64,000 bases of DNA from Verrucomicrobiota bacterium (GTDB taxonomy: Bacteria; Verrucomicrobiota; Verrucomicrobiia; Verrucomicrobiales; V1-33): positions 97,033 through 161,032 of the forward strand of contig JAZKDC010000003.1 in assembly GCA_040387795.1 (NCBI GenBank), written 5' to 3'. Each line of letters begins with the position of its first letter. Position 1 is the first letter of the stretch. A model generated the notes under the pieces. The model made no database searches and was not told where the DNA came from. It worked only from the letters and a program-made list of their open reading frames with translations. The position numbers were made by a program, and so were the translations under genes. Below are positions 30,214 to 40,205 of the stretch, one piece after another.

Positions 30214-30660
30214 ATGAACCACATGATCGTCACCTACACCCTCTACCTCACCCTCAGCCTCCTGCTGACAGTCTGGGTGGCCCGCACCCTGCACCGCAAT
30301 GGCCGCATCTTCCTCGTCGCGGCCTTCAAGGGAAATGAAGCGCTGGCGGACAGTGTGAACCATCTGCTGGTGGTCGGCTTCTATCTGGTGAATTTCGGAT
30401 TTGTCGCCCTGTATCTCAAGCTCACCGGCAGGGTGGCAGACGGTCAGGGTGTCTTTGAAGCAGTGGCGGGCAAACTGGGCATCGTGCTCCTCGTGCTGGG
30501 CGCGATGCACTTTTTCAATCTCTATCTCTTCAACCACCTGCGCCGGAATGCCGAACTCGACACCGCACCTCCTCCCGTCGCCCCGGTGACAACCTTGGCC
30601 CAGGTGATCGCCCGGGCCACCACGCCAGCCACCACCCTCCCCACTCCCCGCGAAGGATAG
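30214..30660 (+). CDS. Conserved integral membrane protein (about 3 TM)
   Basis: YLTLSLLLTVWVARTLHRNGRIFL, LADSVNHLLVVGFYL, LGAMHFFN. Confidence 0.8.
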   Translation: MNHMIVTYTLYLTLSLLLTVWVARTLHRNGRIFLVAAFKGNEALADSVNHLLVVGFYLVNFGFVALYLKLTGRVADGQGVFEAVAGKLGIVLLVLGAMHFFNLYLFNHLRRNAELDTAPPPVAPVTTLAQVIARATTPATTLPTPREG

Positions 30661-30673
30661 ACCTGCCATCAAC

Positions 30674-30711
30674 GGCGGGGGAGGCCCGGAGCCTCCCCCG
30701 CCCTGCTTTCT
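30674..30711 (+). terminator. Strong intergenic hairpin (terminator or mRNA stabiliser)
   Basis: GGCGGGGGAGGC-CCGGA-GCCTCCCCCGCC followed by CTGCTTTTC. Confidence 0.55.
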
Positions 30712-30735
30712 CCAACCTGAAACATCCCAACTCAC

Positions 30736-31119
30736 ATGGAAGCCCTTTTTGTTTTTTATGATGGCGAGTGCGGCCTGTGCAGCAAAGCCCGCACCCATCT
30801 GGCGGGCTTGGCCCAACACGTGCCTTTGATTTTTGTGCCCTACCAGGATCTCCGCCTTCAGGCCGTCTTTCCTGAACTCGAATTGCTGGATCCCGATCAA
30901 CAGGTGATCGCCATGAGCGACACTGGCGACATCTACCGGGGAGACAGCGCTTGGATCACCATTCTCTGGGCCCTCCGCGACTACCGCCGTTGGGCCTTCC
31001 TCCTGGCCCGCCCGGCCTGGCGGCATCAGGCCAAGGCTGCGGTCCACTATCTGTCCCTGAACCGGCGCCGCCTCTCGGCCGGGCTGGGGCTGCGCGTGCG
31101 GTCCACCTTTCCCGACTGA
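30736..31119 (+). CDS. DCC1-like thiol-disulfide oxidoreductase (DUF393)
   Basis: VFYDGECGLC (DxxCxxC) motif. Confidence 0.88.
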   Translation: MEALFVFYDGECGLCSKARTHLAGLAQHVPLIFVPYQDLRLQAVFPELELLDPDQQVIAMSDTGDIYRGDSAWITILWALRDYRRWAFLLARPAWRHQAKAAVHYLSLNRRRLSAGLGLRVRSTFPD

Positions 31120-31201
31120 CCCCGGCCGGACGTTTGAAACGGGCGGCTTGCTTCCCGCGACATTGTTTCCGTCTTCCTTTTCTGTGCCTGGCGGACCTTG
31201 C

Positions 31202-32527
31202 CTATTTTGCAGGAGTTACCCTGGTTGGCTCCTGCAATCGCCGGGTGATAACAGGCCGGTTGAGGAGAATCTCCAGTTTGCCGCGCAGGTCACCGACCAG
31301 GATCCTGACGGTTTCCGGAGGGAGCTTGCCTTCTATGGTCAGAACCATCTGATTTCTGTTGTCTGTGTAACGGGCGACTACGCCGTTCACGGAGATGCGG
31401 GTCCCGTCGAAGACATCGCCGGGTTGGCTGTAGTCTTCCTCGTCCCAATCATAAGGGCCGTTTTCATCATACCCCTCGTCCGCTGTTTCCTCATCGTTGG
31501 ATTCCGGTTCCGGTATGGCCGTATGCGGCAGGGCCGGCTGGTAAAGTTGCCCGAAGACCTCCAGGTCCGGGTTGTAGCCTTTGGCATAAAGGCCCGCGGC
31601 GTCGGCTTGGGCTTTGGGATTCGTTTTTCCGAAACGGTCTTGGAACTCTTTCCATTTTTCCGCAGGGACGATTTTTTGAGGCGCGGGCTTGTCCGGATCC
31701 GGTTTGCTCCCCCTGTCATACTGCATGGACCAAGGGAGATTGCCCATTTGCCAAAGTGGCAGAACCCGCACGCCTTCCGCATAAAAGACGTGTCGTTCCC
31801 ACGGGTGTTGTGTTAACCGGGTCCACGCCCAGGTGCCGAGGTCCAAGGACCAGGCGTCCGGGTTTTCCAGCAGACTGAACCTGTCTTTGTAGGCAGGATC
31901 AATCAAGCCACCCCGCACCTGGATGGACTTCTGGTCGGGTGCCAGTTCCGCAATATGCTTGTGGATCCACCCGGGCGGCGTGCCGGTGGAGCGGATGAGC
32001 CGGATCGCGAACGTATTCAGGTCGAGTTCGGCGATTTGGGTGATGCCGGCTTTCCTGTTGTCAGGGTAACCCAGATTGCCAATCACAATAATCCGGTCAT
32101 CCAGCAGGGTAGCGGTATGAAAATCGGTCGGAGGAAAAACCGTCTCCGGATAACCGAAGAGATCCAGCTTCCCGTCGGGATGATACAACGTGACGTCGTT
32201 GTAGATGTGAAAATCCGGATCGTAGGAATCCTCATGTTCTCCCGCGATCAAAATCACCCGTCCATCCGGCAAGGCAGTGACGGATTGGCCAAATCGGGCG
32301 AAGCACCATGCAGGGCCGGCAGCGAAAGGGGAGGGATAGCCGAAACGATCTCCTGCGGAATAGGCATCAATGCGGGTTTTGACCAGCCATTCCCACAGCG
32401 GATTGTTCATCCGTTGGGGATTCTCCGTGCCGAAGCGGGGCGCGCGCCATTCCAAAGCCAGTTCGGGCGTAATGGCGGAGGCATCCAGCCGGTCCGGTTT
32501 GTAGCGTTTGGGGCGTTTCGGTTTCAT
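31202..32527 (-). CDS. Hypothetical protein with kelch-like beta-strand repeats
   Basis: RFGQSVTALPDGRVILIAGEHED, DFHTATLLDDRIIVIG; long ORF; visibly lower GC than flanks. Confidence 0.7.
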   Translation of the reverse strand: MKPKRPKRYKPDRLDASAITPELALEWRAPRFGTENPQRMNNPLWEWLVKTRIDAYSAGDRFGYPSPFAAGPAWCFARFGQSVTALPDGRVILIAGEHEDSYDPDFHIYNDVTLYHPDGKLDLFGYPETVFPPTDFHTATLLDDRIIVIGNLGYPDNRKAGITQIAELDLNTFAIRLIRSTGTPPGWIHKHIAELAPDQKSIQVRGGLIDPAYKDRFSLLENPDAWSLDLGTWAWTRLTQHPWERHVFYAEGVRVLPLWQMGNLPWSMQYDRGSKPDPDKPAPQKIVPAEKWKEFQDRFGKTNPKAQADAAGLYAKGYNPDLEVFGQLYQPALPHTAIPEPESNDEETADEGYDENGPYDWDEEDYSQPGDVFDGTRISVNGVVARYTDNRNQMVLTIEGKLPPETVRILVGDLRGKLEILLNRPVITRRLQEPTRVTPAK

Positions 32528-32629
32528 GGGCAGAAAGCACTATCGTGAAAGAACAGCGGACGCTTGGCCAGATAAACCGCACCGTTGGCAACGGAATGTT
32601 ACGGCCATGCTGCCTGTCGCCGGATGGTG

Positions 32630-33763
32630 TCAGGCAGGCGGCAGAATCCAATGGGGAACAAAGCGCGAGGTGTTGGCGGTGATGCGTTGGGAGTCCTCGC
32701 GGATGCCGAGGCCGGCGGGGGTGCCATCGATCATCCAGACCCCGAGCACCGGCCAGTTTCCGTCACAGGATTCATTTTCCGCGACGGCCTGGTAAACAAA
32801 ACCTTCCGCGCCGTAAGGGCCGTCCTGTTCGTCCGAAACCTTGCCCTGCTGCACGATCCTGACATTGGCCCCCTCGCGGCTGAAAACGGGTTTCCTGACG
32901 TAGGTATCGCCCAGCAGTCCGGCCTCGCGGTAGCAGGGCAGCAGCGCGGGATGGGAGGGAAACATCTCCCACAGGATGGCCAGCATGGCTTTGTTGCTCC
33001 AGAGCAGTTTCCACGGCGGCTCCAGAAACCGGCATTTCGATGCGCCGATGTGTCTGCCGAAATCCTCCCGCAGCATCCACTCCCAGGGATAGAGTTTGAA
33101 GAGCGTGCGGATCGGGATTTCCTCCTCATCGGTGAAGCTCCGCTCCGCCTCATTCCATCCGATGGCAGCCATGGCGAGGCGGGTGGTCGGCAGGCCAGTC
33201 TGGCGGGCGGTGTCTTCCAGATAGGCAGCGGTAATTTCATCCTCCCAGCCATCCGCGATGGAGCCGAAATGGACGTGCCCGGGAGCCAGCCGCTGCCATG
33301 CCGCCAGCAATTGTTCATGGATGCCGTTCCACTGGTCGCAGCCGGGTTTCACCTCCTTCAGCCAGTGCCATTGGATCACGGAAGCCTCCAACAACGCGGT
33401 CGGCGTATCCGCGTTGTATTCCAGCAGGATGGGCTGGCCCCAGCGGTCCAGCACCATATCGAACCGGCCGTATAACGTGAATTCGTCCTCTTCCCACGAT
33501 TTCCGGATCAGCGGCACATGGTCCGGGTGGATGCAGAGATCGGCCCAGCGGTTTTTTTGAATCACGTGGTCCGTGGCTTGGATGTAAAGCTGGTGCACTT
33601 CCGCGGCCGTTTCCTCCAGCAGGCCGACTTCGACCTCGTTGAGTTCGTAGGCGGTGCTTTCATCCCAGTAGGGCGTCTCCGCATCATCATGATGCCACGC
33701 GAGTCCCTGACTGCGGACGGTGGCTTCCCAATCCGGGCGCGGGGTGAGGCGGTGGCGGATCAT
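32630..33763 (-). CDS. Glutathionylspermidine synthase family ATP-grasp protein (YgiC/YjfC-like)
   Basis: YWDE, LYGRFD, LEYNADTPT, FKLYPWEW, KPVFSREGAN, GIRED. Confidence 0.92.
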   Translation of the reverse strand: MIRHRLTPRPDWEATVRSQGLAWHHDDAETPYWDESTAYELNEVEVGLLEETAAEVHQLYIQATDHVIQKNRWADLCIHPDHVPLIRKSWEEDEFTLYGRFDMVLDRWGQPILLEYNADTPTALLEASVIQWHWLKEVKPGCDQWNGIHEQLLAAWQRLAPGHVHFGSIADGWEDEITAAYLEDTARQTGLPTTRLAMAAIGWNEAERSFTDEEEIPIRTLFKLYPWEWMLREDFGRHIGASKCRFLEPPWKLLWSNKAMLAILWEMFPSHPALLPCYREAGLLGDTYVRKPVFSREGANVRIVQQGKVSDEQDGPYGAEGFVYQAVAENESCDGNWPVLGVWMIDGTPAGLGIREDSQRITANTSRFVPHWILPPA

Positions 33764-34191
33764 GAGCGTCCGGAGAAAAAACCGCCGGTGCGGCCGAACC
33801 CGCCGCGGCGGGATGCCTGGGTGGAGTGGAATTGGTTGTTGGCACTGGCCACGGCACTGCGGCTGGGAACGGAGGACGTCAAATTCCGCGCCGTATCCGG
33901 GCTGGGATGCCAACCGCCGCCGTAGAAATAACTGCCACGCCCGGCGTCGTAATGATTGTAGCGGAAGGGGAAGAACCCGTGATAGCCGGCATGATAATAT
34001 CCGGCTCCGGGGACATAATGGTTGTTGGCGTAGGACTGCCCTTCCACCACGGGGTCCTCGTCCCGGCTGCATTGATGGAACAACACCGGAGCCCCGATGA
34101 CGATGGCCGCCGCCACGCCGATGGTGACCCACGCGCTGCGTCGGCGCCGGGCGGCTTCGCGGTCTATTAATTCGGATCGGGCAGGATTCAT
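33760..34191 (-). CDS. Membrane-anchored YgiB/YjfM-like protein
   Basis: One TM, Tyr/Gly-rich middle, C-terminal SRRGGFGRTGG; ATGA overlaps with both neighbours. Confidence 0.65.
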   Translation of the reverse strand: MNPARSELIDREAARRRRSAWVTIGVAAAIVIGAPVLFHQCSRDEDPVVEGQSYANNHYVPGAGYYHAGYHGFFPFRYNHYDAGRGSYFYGGGWHPSPDTARNLTSSVPSRSAVASANNQFHSTQASRRGGFGRTGGFFSGRS

Positions 34192-34433
34192 CCGGCAATG
34201 GCAGCCACAATGATGGCGCAGATCCCGAGGACGAGGGCCGCTCCCAGGATCGCGGCGGCGACATTGCCTTCTTCAAAAATTTTCTTGTTCAAATCCCCCG
34301 GCGTCAGCCAGTCGAGGAGACGGAAAGCCAGCAGCGCCAACAGAATGCCGGCCAGGGAATAGATGACAGTGGCCGGCAGGGCCTCTTTGAAGAGGTGCTC
34401 CCAGTAGGCATCGGCAAGGTATGGCTGCAGCAT
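34188..34433 (-). CDS. DUF350 (YjfL-like) small membrane protein
   Basis: DWLTPG...IFEEGNVAAAI...IIVAAI. Confidence 0.85.
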   Translation of the reverse strand: MLQPYLADAYWEHLFKEALPATVIYSLAGILLALLAFRLLDWLTPGDLNKKIFEEGNVAAAILGAALVLGICAIIVAAIAG

Positions 34434-34500
34434 GACTTCCCTCTACGCTGAGCCCGCCGGGTGTGAAATTACAAAATGCCCCGGCAATTCCCATGAAGAA

Positions 34501-34535
34501 CAAAAAAGCCCGGCTGTTTACAGCCGGGCTTTTTG
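34501..34535. terminator. Bidirectional-type intrinsic terminator after the TPR gene
   Basis: CAAAAAAGCCCGGCTG-TTTA-CAGCCGGGCTTTTTG. Confidence 0.85.
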
Positions 34536-34562
34536 TGGGTGATAGGATCGGACCGGGCTGGC

Positions 34563-35954
34563 TCAGTAGGAGCCTTCCACGCGGGTCGCGACGTCCTTGT
34601 AGCCGTAGTCCACTTCGTAGATTTGTTTGAAGGCTTCGAGGAACTCGTCCTTGCGGCCCATCTTTTCGAGGATGTTGCCGAGCACGTAGAGGACTTCCTT
34701 CTTGATGGCGTCGAGGGTGGGGATTTCGCTGGCAGCTTCCTGGAGCTGGCGGACGCCGAGGTCGAGCATGTTCTTGGCTTCGTAACAACGGGCCAGGGCC
34801 AACATGGCCTTGGTGCGGATTGCCGGGTTGTTCTTGGCGCGCTGGAGTTCCGGGATGGCCTCGGTGGGATGACCGGCGTTGAAGAGGTTGATGCCCAGCT
34901 CGTAACGGAGCTGCGGGTCGGTGGGGTTGCGCTCCACCCGCTCCCGGGAGGAGGCGACCAGTTTCTCGATGCGGCGCTGATGCAGTTCCTTCAGCTGTTC
35001 GCGGGCGGCTTCGGCGGTGTCGGCAGTCGGGTCGGCATCAATCACGGACTGGAGGTGCGCGAGATTGGCTTCATCGAGACGGTCGGAGATTTTGTGGACC
35101 TTGGTTTCGAGGGAGGCGTCGCCGTTGCTGAGCTGATAGGCCCACTGGTAATAGGAGAGGGCGCTGGCGTAGTCGTCGAGGCGCTCGTAAAGTTCGCCGA
35201 TGCGGCGGGAGGTGTCCACATTGTTGGGATCGGCCTCGTATTCGGCGCCGAGGTAGGCCAGCTGCTCCATCATCTGCTCCTTGGTGGCGCCGATGCGGTT
35301 GAGATCTTCCAGCTGTTTGGCCTTATCCTTGTTTTTGAGAAGGTCGCGGAAGTTTCCGCCTTCGCCGCCATCCCATTTCTGCTTGTTCATGGACAAGCGG
35401 GCGTTGGCATTGGTCACCCCACGGCGGGCTTCGCCGTCGGAGTTGTCGACCTTCAGAATATTATTGAAGACCGCGATCGCCTTTTCTGGGTCGTTGATCT
35501 GCATAAAATACTCGGCCGCCTTGTGCATGATCTTGATGTTCGTGGGCGCGCCCTTGATCATCATTTCCAAGGCAAAGGCAGCGGTCTGCGGCATTTTGGC
35601 GGCCACGGACGCGTCAAACATCATCTGGTTGGCGGCGGTGTTGAAGGGGTCGGTGGCGAGGATTTCCTCCAAGTCGTAGAGCACACCGACCGGGTCCTTC
35701 TCGGCCTTCGTTTTCAATTTCATCACCGAGAGGCTGGAGGTATCGAGCAGCTTCTTTTTGCCGGAGTGGGCGAGCGCGGCGGCGGTGCGCAGGGTTTTGC
35801 GCCCTTCAAGGAAAGTAGGCACGTCCTTGATGATGGGCAGGAGCAACTGGACGGCGTAGCTGGCGTTCTGCATTTTCACCGACGCCGCGGCCTTCTCAAA
35901 AAGGCTGCGGTGGGCGGGTGAAAGATCGGCGGTGGTGGTGACGACTTCGGACAT
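34563..35954 (-). CDS. Tetratricopeptide repeat protein
   Basis: Helical repeats with TPR pattern; C-terminal IYEVDYGYKDV. Confidence 0.85.
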   Translation of the reverse strand: MSEVVTTTADLSPAHRSLFEKAAASVKMQNASYAVQLLLPIIKDVPTFLEGRKTLRTAAALAHSGKKKLLDTSSLSVMKLKTKAEKDPVGVLYDLEEILATDPFNTAANQMMFDASVAAKMPQTAAFALEMMIKGAPTNIKIMHKAAEYFMQINDPEKAIAVFNNILKVDNSDGEARRGVTNANARLSMNKQKWDGGEGGNFRDLLKNKDKAKQLEDLNRIGATKEQMMEQLAYLGAEYEADPNNVDTSRRIGELYERLDDYASALSYYQWAYQLSNGDASLETKVHKISDRLDEANLAHLQSVIDADPTADTAEAAREQLKELHQRRIEKLVASSRERVERNPTDPQLRYELGINLFNAGHPTEAIPELQRAKNNPAIRTKAMLALARCYEAKNMLDLGVRQLQEAASEIPTLDAIKKEVLYVLGNILEKMGRKDEFLEAFKQIYEVDYGYKDVATRVEGSY

Positions 35955-36151
35955 GATGGGGAATGGGAGAAAAAAATCCTGAGTGGAACGGGGTATTTAC
36001 TCAAGGCAGGGGGGGGGCCGCAACAAACATTTTTCGATTCGTAGGGGAATGGCCGAGGCCGCTGCATTTTACCTTGCGCACCTGACGGGCGGCTGCTTCT
36101 GTCGCCCTGTCATCCGAACGAGCGGATGACGCCATCCCCGACCGACTTTTT

Positions 36152-36784
36152 ATGATCACCCGTTCCCTGTTAAGCGCGGCTCTCGCGGCTGCATTGTTGA
36201 CCTCCGCCACGCCCGCTTCCGCCCAGGAAATGAAAATCGGCATCGTGGACATGAAACGTGTCTTCCAGGAATATTTCAAAACCAAGGACGCCGAGAAGAA
36301 GGTGAACGAGGACAAATCCAAGGCGAAAAAGGAATTGGACGAACGCAGCGCCAAATACCGTGACCTCATCACCAAGTGGAATGAGATCGAAAAAATCCTC
36401 AAGGACAAGCTCGTCAACGAAGAGCTGAAGGGTCAAAAACAGAAAGAGGCCCAGGAAATCATCTCCGAAGCCCGCGCGCTGGAGCGCGACATGGAAGAAT
36501 TCCGCCGCCGCCGCGAGCAGCAGCTCCAGGAGCAGGTGATGCGCATGCGCAAAGGCCTCCTTGAGGACATCAAGAGCCGCGTCGAAGACAAGGCCAAACG
36601 CGACAATTACGATCTGGTCTTCGACAAGAGCGGTATGTCTCCCAGCGGGGTGCCCTTCCTGCTCCACAGCAAGGATGCGGTGGATTTCAGCACTGAAGTC
36701 ATCACCGAGCTGAATAAAAACGCCCCGGCGGAATCCGCCGCTCCGGCCGTGGCCCCTGCTGCCGACGCCAAGAAACCGAAGTGA
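36152..36784 (+). CDS. skp: OmpH/Skp periplasmic chaperone
   Basis: Signal peptide, KIGIVDM, long coiled coil, YDLVFDK...DFSTEVI; upstream of lpxD. Confidence 0.88.
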   Translation: MITRSLLSAALAAALLTSATPASAQEMKIGIVDMKRVFQEYFKTKDAEKKVNEDKSKAKKELDERSAKYRDLITKWNEIEKILKDKLVNEELKGQKQKEAQEIISEARALERDMEEFRRRREQQLQEQVMRMRKGLLEDIKSRVEDKAKRDNYDLVFDKSGMSPSGVPFLLHSKDAVDFSTEVITELNKNAPAESAAPAVAPAADAKKPK

Positions 36785-36834
36785 TCCCGTCACCCACTTG
36801 GCCTGCCGCCCCTGCGGACAGCCCGTAAATCCAC

Positions 36835-37854
36835 GTGGAAATTTCTCTCGAACAATTGGCCATTCTCAGCGGAGGAGTGGCCGAACCGGGGTATGCGGCC
36901 GTCACGTTGACCGGTTTTTCCGCCCTCAAGGAGGCGGGTCCGGGTGATTTCAGCTTTTTTGGCAACGAGCGCTACCTCCCGGACCTCCGCAAGACCAAGG
37001 CCTCGGCGGTGCTCGTCCCGGCCGGGTTTGCCGAAGCGATTCCCGGCGTGGCCCTCGTGCGGGTCGAAAACCCCTCCGCGGCCTTCGCGGAAGTCGTCAA
37101 ACAATTCCTCCCGCCGCCCCGGGTCTTTCATCCCGGCATCCACCCCTCCGCAGTGATTGATCCCGCCACGGTGCTGGATCCCGCCAAAGTCTGTATCAAA
37201 GCGGGCGCCATCATCGAAGCGGGCGTCGAAATCGGCGAAGGCACCGAAATCGGAGCGGGCGGTTTTGTCGGGGAAGGCACCAAAATTGGCTGCCATTGCC
37301 TCCTGCATCCCCGGGTCACCCTCTACCACCACACCGTGCTCGGCGACCGGGTCTGCCTCCATGCCGGGGTGGTGCTGGGAGCCGATGGATTTGGCTACGA
37401 ATTCATCGACGGATGCCACCGGAAAATCGACCAGGTCGGTATCGTGCAAATTGACGATGATGTCGAAATCGGAGCGAATTCCACCATTGACCGCGCCCGC
37501 TTCGGGAAAACGTGGATCCGTCAGGGCGCCAAAATAGACAACCAGGTTCAAATCGGTCACAATGTGGTTCTCGGCCGCCACTGTGTGGTGGTTGCCCAGG
37601 TCGGCATCGCTGGCAGCACCTGCATTGGCGATTACACCGTCATCGCCGCGCAGGCCGGGATCGCCGGGCACCTCGAACTGGGGCCGCAACTGGTCATCGG
37701 AGCCCGGGCCGGCGTCACCAAGTCGATCCTGGAAAAAGGCCATTACATGGGCTATCCCGCCGGGCCCGCCGCGGAAATCCGCAAGCAGTGGGTCCACATC
37801 CGTAAAATCGGTGGCCTGCTGCAGCGCGTCTCCACCTTGGAAAAACAGGGCTGA
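36835..37854 (+). CDS. lpxD: UDP-3-O-(3-hydroxyacyl)glucosamine N-acyltransferase
   Basis: GADGFG, EIGANSTIDR, KIDNQVQIGHN, hexapeptide repeats. Confidence 0.95.
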   Translation: MEISLEQLAILSGGVAEPGYAAVTLTGFSALKEAGPGDFSFFGNERYLPDLRKTKASAVLVPAGFAEAIPGVALVRVENPSAAFAEVVKQFLPPPRVFHPGIHPSAVIDPATVLDPAKVCIKAGAIIEAGVEIGEGTEIGAGGFVGEGTKIGCHCLLHPRVTLYHHTVLGDRVCLHAGVVLGADGFGYEFIDGCHRKIDQVGIVQIDDDVEIGANSTIDRARFGKTWIRQGAKIDNQVQIGHNVVLGRHCVVVAQVGIAGSTCIGDYTVIAAQAGIAGHLELGPQLVIGARAGVTKSILEKGHYMGYPAGPAAEIRKQWVHIRKIGGLLQRVSTLEKQG

Positions 37855-38052
37855 TCCGCCTGCCCTGCCCTCCGGAAAATCCCGGACCCGTCGTATTTCA
37901 GGCCTTTGGAAATGAGTTGATCCCCGCCGCGGCCTGGCCGGAACAGCACAATTTCACTTGCCCATCCGCCCCCCCTCCATCAATCCTGGAGAACGCGCCA
38001 TCACCCGCCTTTGCCGTTGGCGGGGCCATCGTCCGGCCCGTGCTTCCTTCCC

Positions 38053-39519
38053 ATGTCCGCCTCCCCTCCTACTCCGCCTGCCCGCATTCTGATTCTCGGC
38101 GGCGGACCCACCGGCCTGTATGCCGCCCGCACTCTGGCGGCCCAGGGACATCAGGTCACCCTTCTTGAAAAAGAGGGTCATCCCGGCGGCCTCGCCACCA
38201 GCTTCAATCACAATGGGAACTGGTATGACTTGGGGGTCCACATGCTGCATGAATTCGACCAGGAAATTTTCCACGACATCCGCGACAACATCATGGGCGA
38301 GGAACGTCTCGCGGTGCAGCTCGACTCCAAAATCCGCTGGGCCGGCTCTTTCTACCGGTATCCGCTGCAGTTTGGCGATATGATCAAGGGCATCCCGCCC
38401 CTCACCCTCGCCCGCTGTGTCTTCAGCCTCTTCGGCACCCAATTGTGGTTCAAGCTTTTCCCGAAGACCCCCATCAACGCGGAAGAGGCCCTCATCCAGC
38501 TCTACGGGCGCCAGCTTTACGAGTTCTTCTTCAAGGATTTCACCCAGCGTTACTGGGGATTTCCCACCACCGAACTCGACGCCAAATTCATCACCACGAA
38601 GATGCCCCGCCTCACCGCGGTGGATGTCCTGAAGAAAATCCTCTCCAAAGTCGGCATCAAGGACAACCGTGTCCACGCCGTCGACAGCGCGCTTTCCGAG
38701 GAAACCCTGCACTATTCGAAGACCGGCGCGGAAACCATGACCCGCCGCATTGCCGCCTACGCCCAATCCCTGGGCGCCTCCATTTTCTACCATCAGGACG
38801 TCACCGGGGTGCAGCTGGAACACGGCCGGGTCACGGCAGTGGACGTCCGGAATACCGTCACCGGCAACCTCACCCGCCACGAGTGCGACTACTGCATCAA
38901 TACCATCCCCCTGCCGGAACTGGTCAGGAAAATGGTCCCGCCCCCGGCCCCGGAAGTCCTTGCTTCCTGCAATTATCTCAAGTTCAAACCGATCACCATC
39001 CACGGCCTTCTGGTGGACAAACCGAAGTGTATTGATGGCCTCTATATTTATTACCGCGAACGCATCTTCCACCGCGTCGGCGAGCCCAAAAACGCCGGGC
39101 TGATCGTCAATCCGCCGGACCACAGCGTGCTCATCGTCGAAACCACCTGCGAACTGGGTGATGAGAAGTGGCGGGTCACGGATGCCGTCAAGGAGCAGAT
39201 CATCCAGGACCTGGAGATTGAAAACATCTGCACCCGGGCCCAGATCAAGGAGTGGCACACCCTGCAGGCCGTGCATGGCTATCCGATTTTCAAACTGGGC
39301 TTTGAACCGCACTTCCAGGCCCTCAAAGGCACCGTGGACGGCATTCCCAACCTCCGCACGGCCGGCCGCCAGGGGGCTTTTTGCTATCCAAACATGCACG
39401 GCGCGATGCGCCAGGGGGCCAACGCCGCCAAAGCGATGGCCCGGCAAATTGCGGAAGACCACCATGAAACCACCACCCGCTCCTCCCCGGTGGCCAGTGT
39501 GGAGGAGATCGTGGACTAG
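38053..39519 (+). CDS. FAD-dependent oxidoreductase (protoporphyrinogen oxidase/amine oxidase/UDP-galactopyranose mutase-like)
   Basis: GGGPTG dinucleotide fold, GG...DLGVH, GRQGAFCYPNM. Confidence 0.8.
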   Translation: MSASPPTPPARILILGGGPTGLYAARTLAAQGHQVTLLEKEGHPGGLATSFNHNGNWYDLGVHMLHEFDQEIFHDIRDNIMGEERLAVQLDSKIRWAGSFYRYPLQFGDMIKGIPPLTLARCVFSLFGTQLWFKLFPKTPINAEEALIQLYGRQLYEFFFKDFTQRYWGFPTTELDAKFITTKMPRLTAVDVLKKILSKVGIKDNRVHAVDSALSEETLHYSKTGAETMTRRIAAYAQSLGASIFYHQDVTGVQLEHGRVTAVDVRNTVTGNLTRHECDYCINTIPLPELVRKMVPPPAPEVLASCNYLKFKPITIHGLLVDKPKCIDGLYIYYRERIFHRVGEPKNAGLIVNPPDHSVLIVETTCELGDEKWRVTDAVKEQIIQDLEIENICTRAQIKEWHTLQAVHGYPIFKLGFEPHFQALKGTVDGIPNLRTAGRQGAFCYPNMHGAMRQGANAAKAMARQIAEDHHETTTRSSPVASVEEIVD

Positions 39520-39581
39520 CATGAGTGCCGCTTGATGGATGATCCAGGTAATTCATGACTCCGCCAGACTTCCCCTCCGTG

Positions 39582-40097
39582 ATGCGACGCGCCTTTTACC
39601 TCCTGCCCGTCCTGGGGTTGCTATCCCCATCGTGCCGCAGCACCGGGAAGGACCCTGGCATTGCATTGCGCCAGACCGCCATCCGTGCGGAGCCGGCTGG
39701 CGACTACTGGATCGGTCGCCGCTATTTCGTGAACGGCCCCCAGGGCACGACCCGCTTCTGGGGTTATGTCCGCCGCCCCGGGCAACCGTGGGAAAAAGCC
39801 AAACTGGTTATCATGGACGAATCCATCCGTAAAACCCCGGACCGGCTGCCGGCCGCGACAGACCGCGGTCCAGCCCATGGATACGATCAAAATTACGAAT
39901 ACAGAATCTCGGGCAATTACTCCGGCCATGAATGCTATGACCCCAATTCAGATCTGGTCCTGCCGGTTTTCCGGGCCACCCATTATGAATTGATCACCCC
40001 CCAGCCTGGTTTTCTTTTTACACCCTCCGATGCCCAGGACCGGCGGAATTACATCCCCGCCCGTGAAGCGGAGCACACCACACCACAAAGGATGTGA
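39582..40097 (+). CDS. Hypothetical lipoprotein (paralog A)
   Basis: LLSPSC lipobox-like; strong similarity to the next gene (WIGRRYFV, RFWGY, NYEYRI, YDPN). Confidence 0.8.
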   Translation: MRRAFYLLPVLGLLSPSCRSTGKDPGIALRQTAIRAEPAGDYWIGRRYFVNGPQGTTRFWGYVRRPGQPWEKAKLVIMDESIRKTPDRLPAATDRGPAHGYDQNYEYRISGNYSGHECYDPNSDLVLPVFRATHYELITPQPGFLFTPSDAQDRRNYIPAREAEHTTPQRM

Positions 40098-40205
40098 ACC
40101 ACCGCTCCAAAAAACGCTTCTTCCCTTTTCAACTTTTCCATTCCGCTGTTCAACGCTCGCATTTCCCGCTTCACCATCCATCATTTCCCGATCATCCTGC
40201 TCCCC

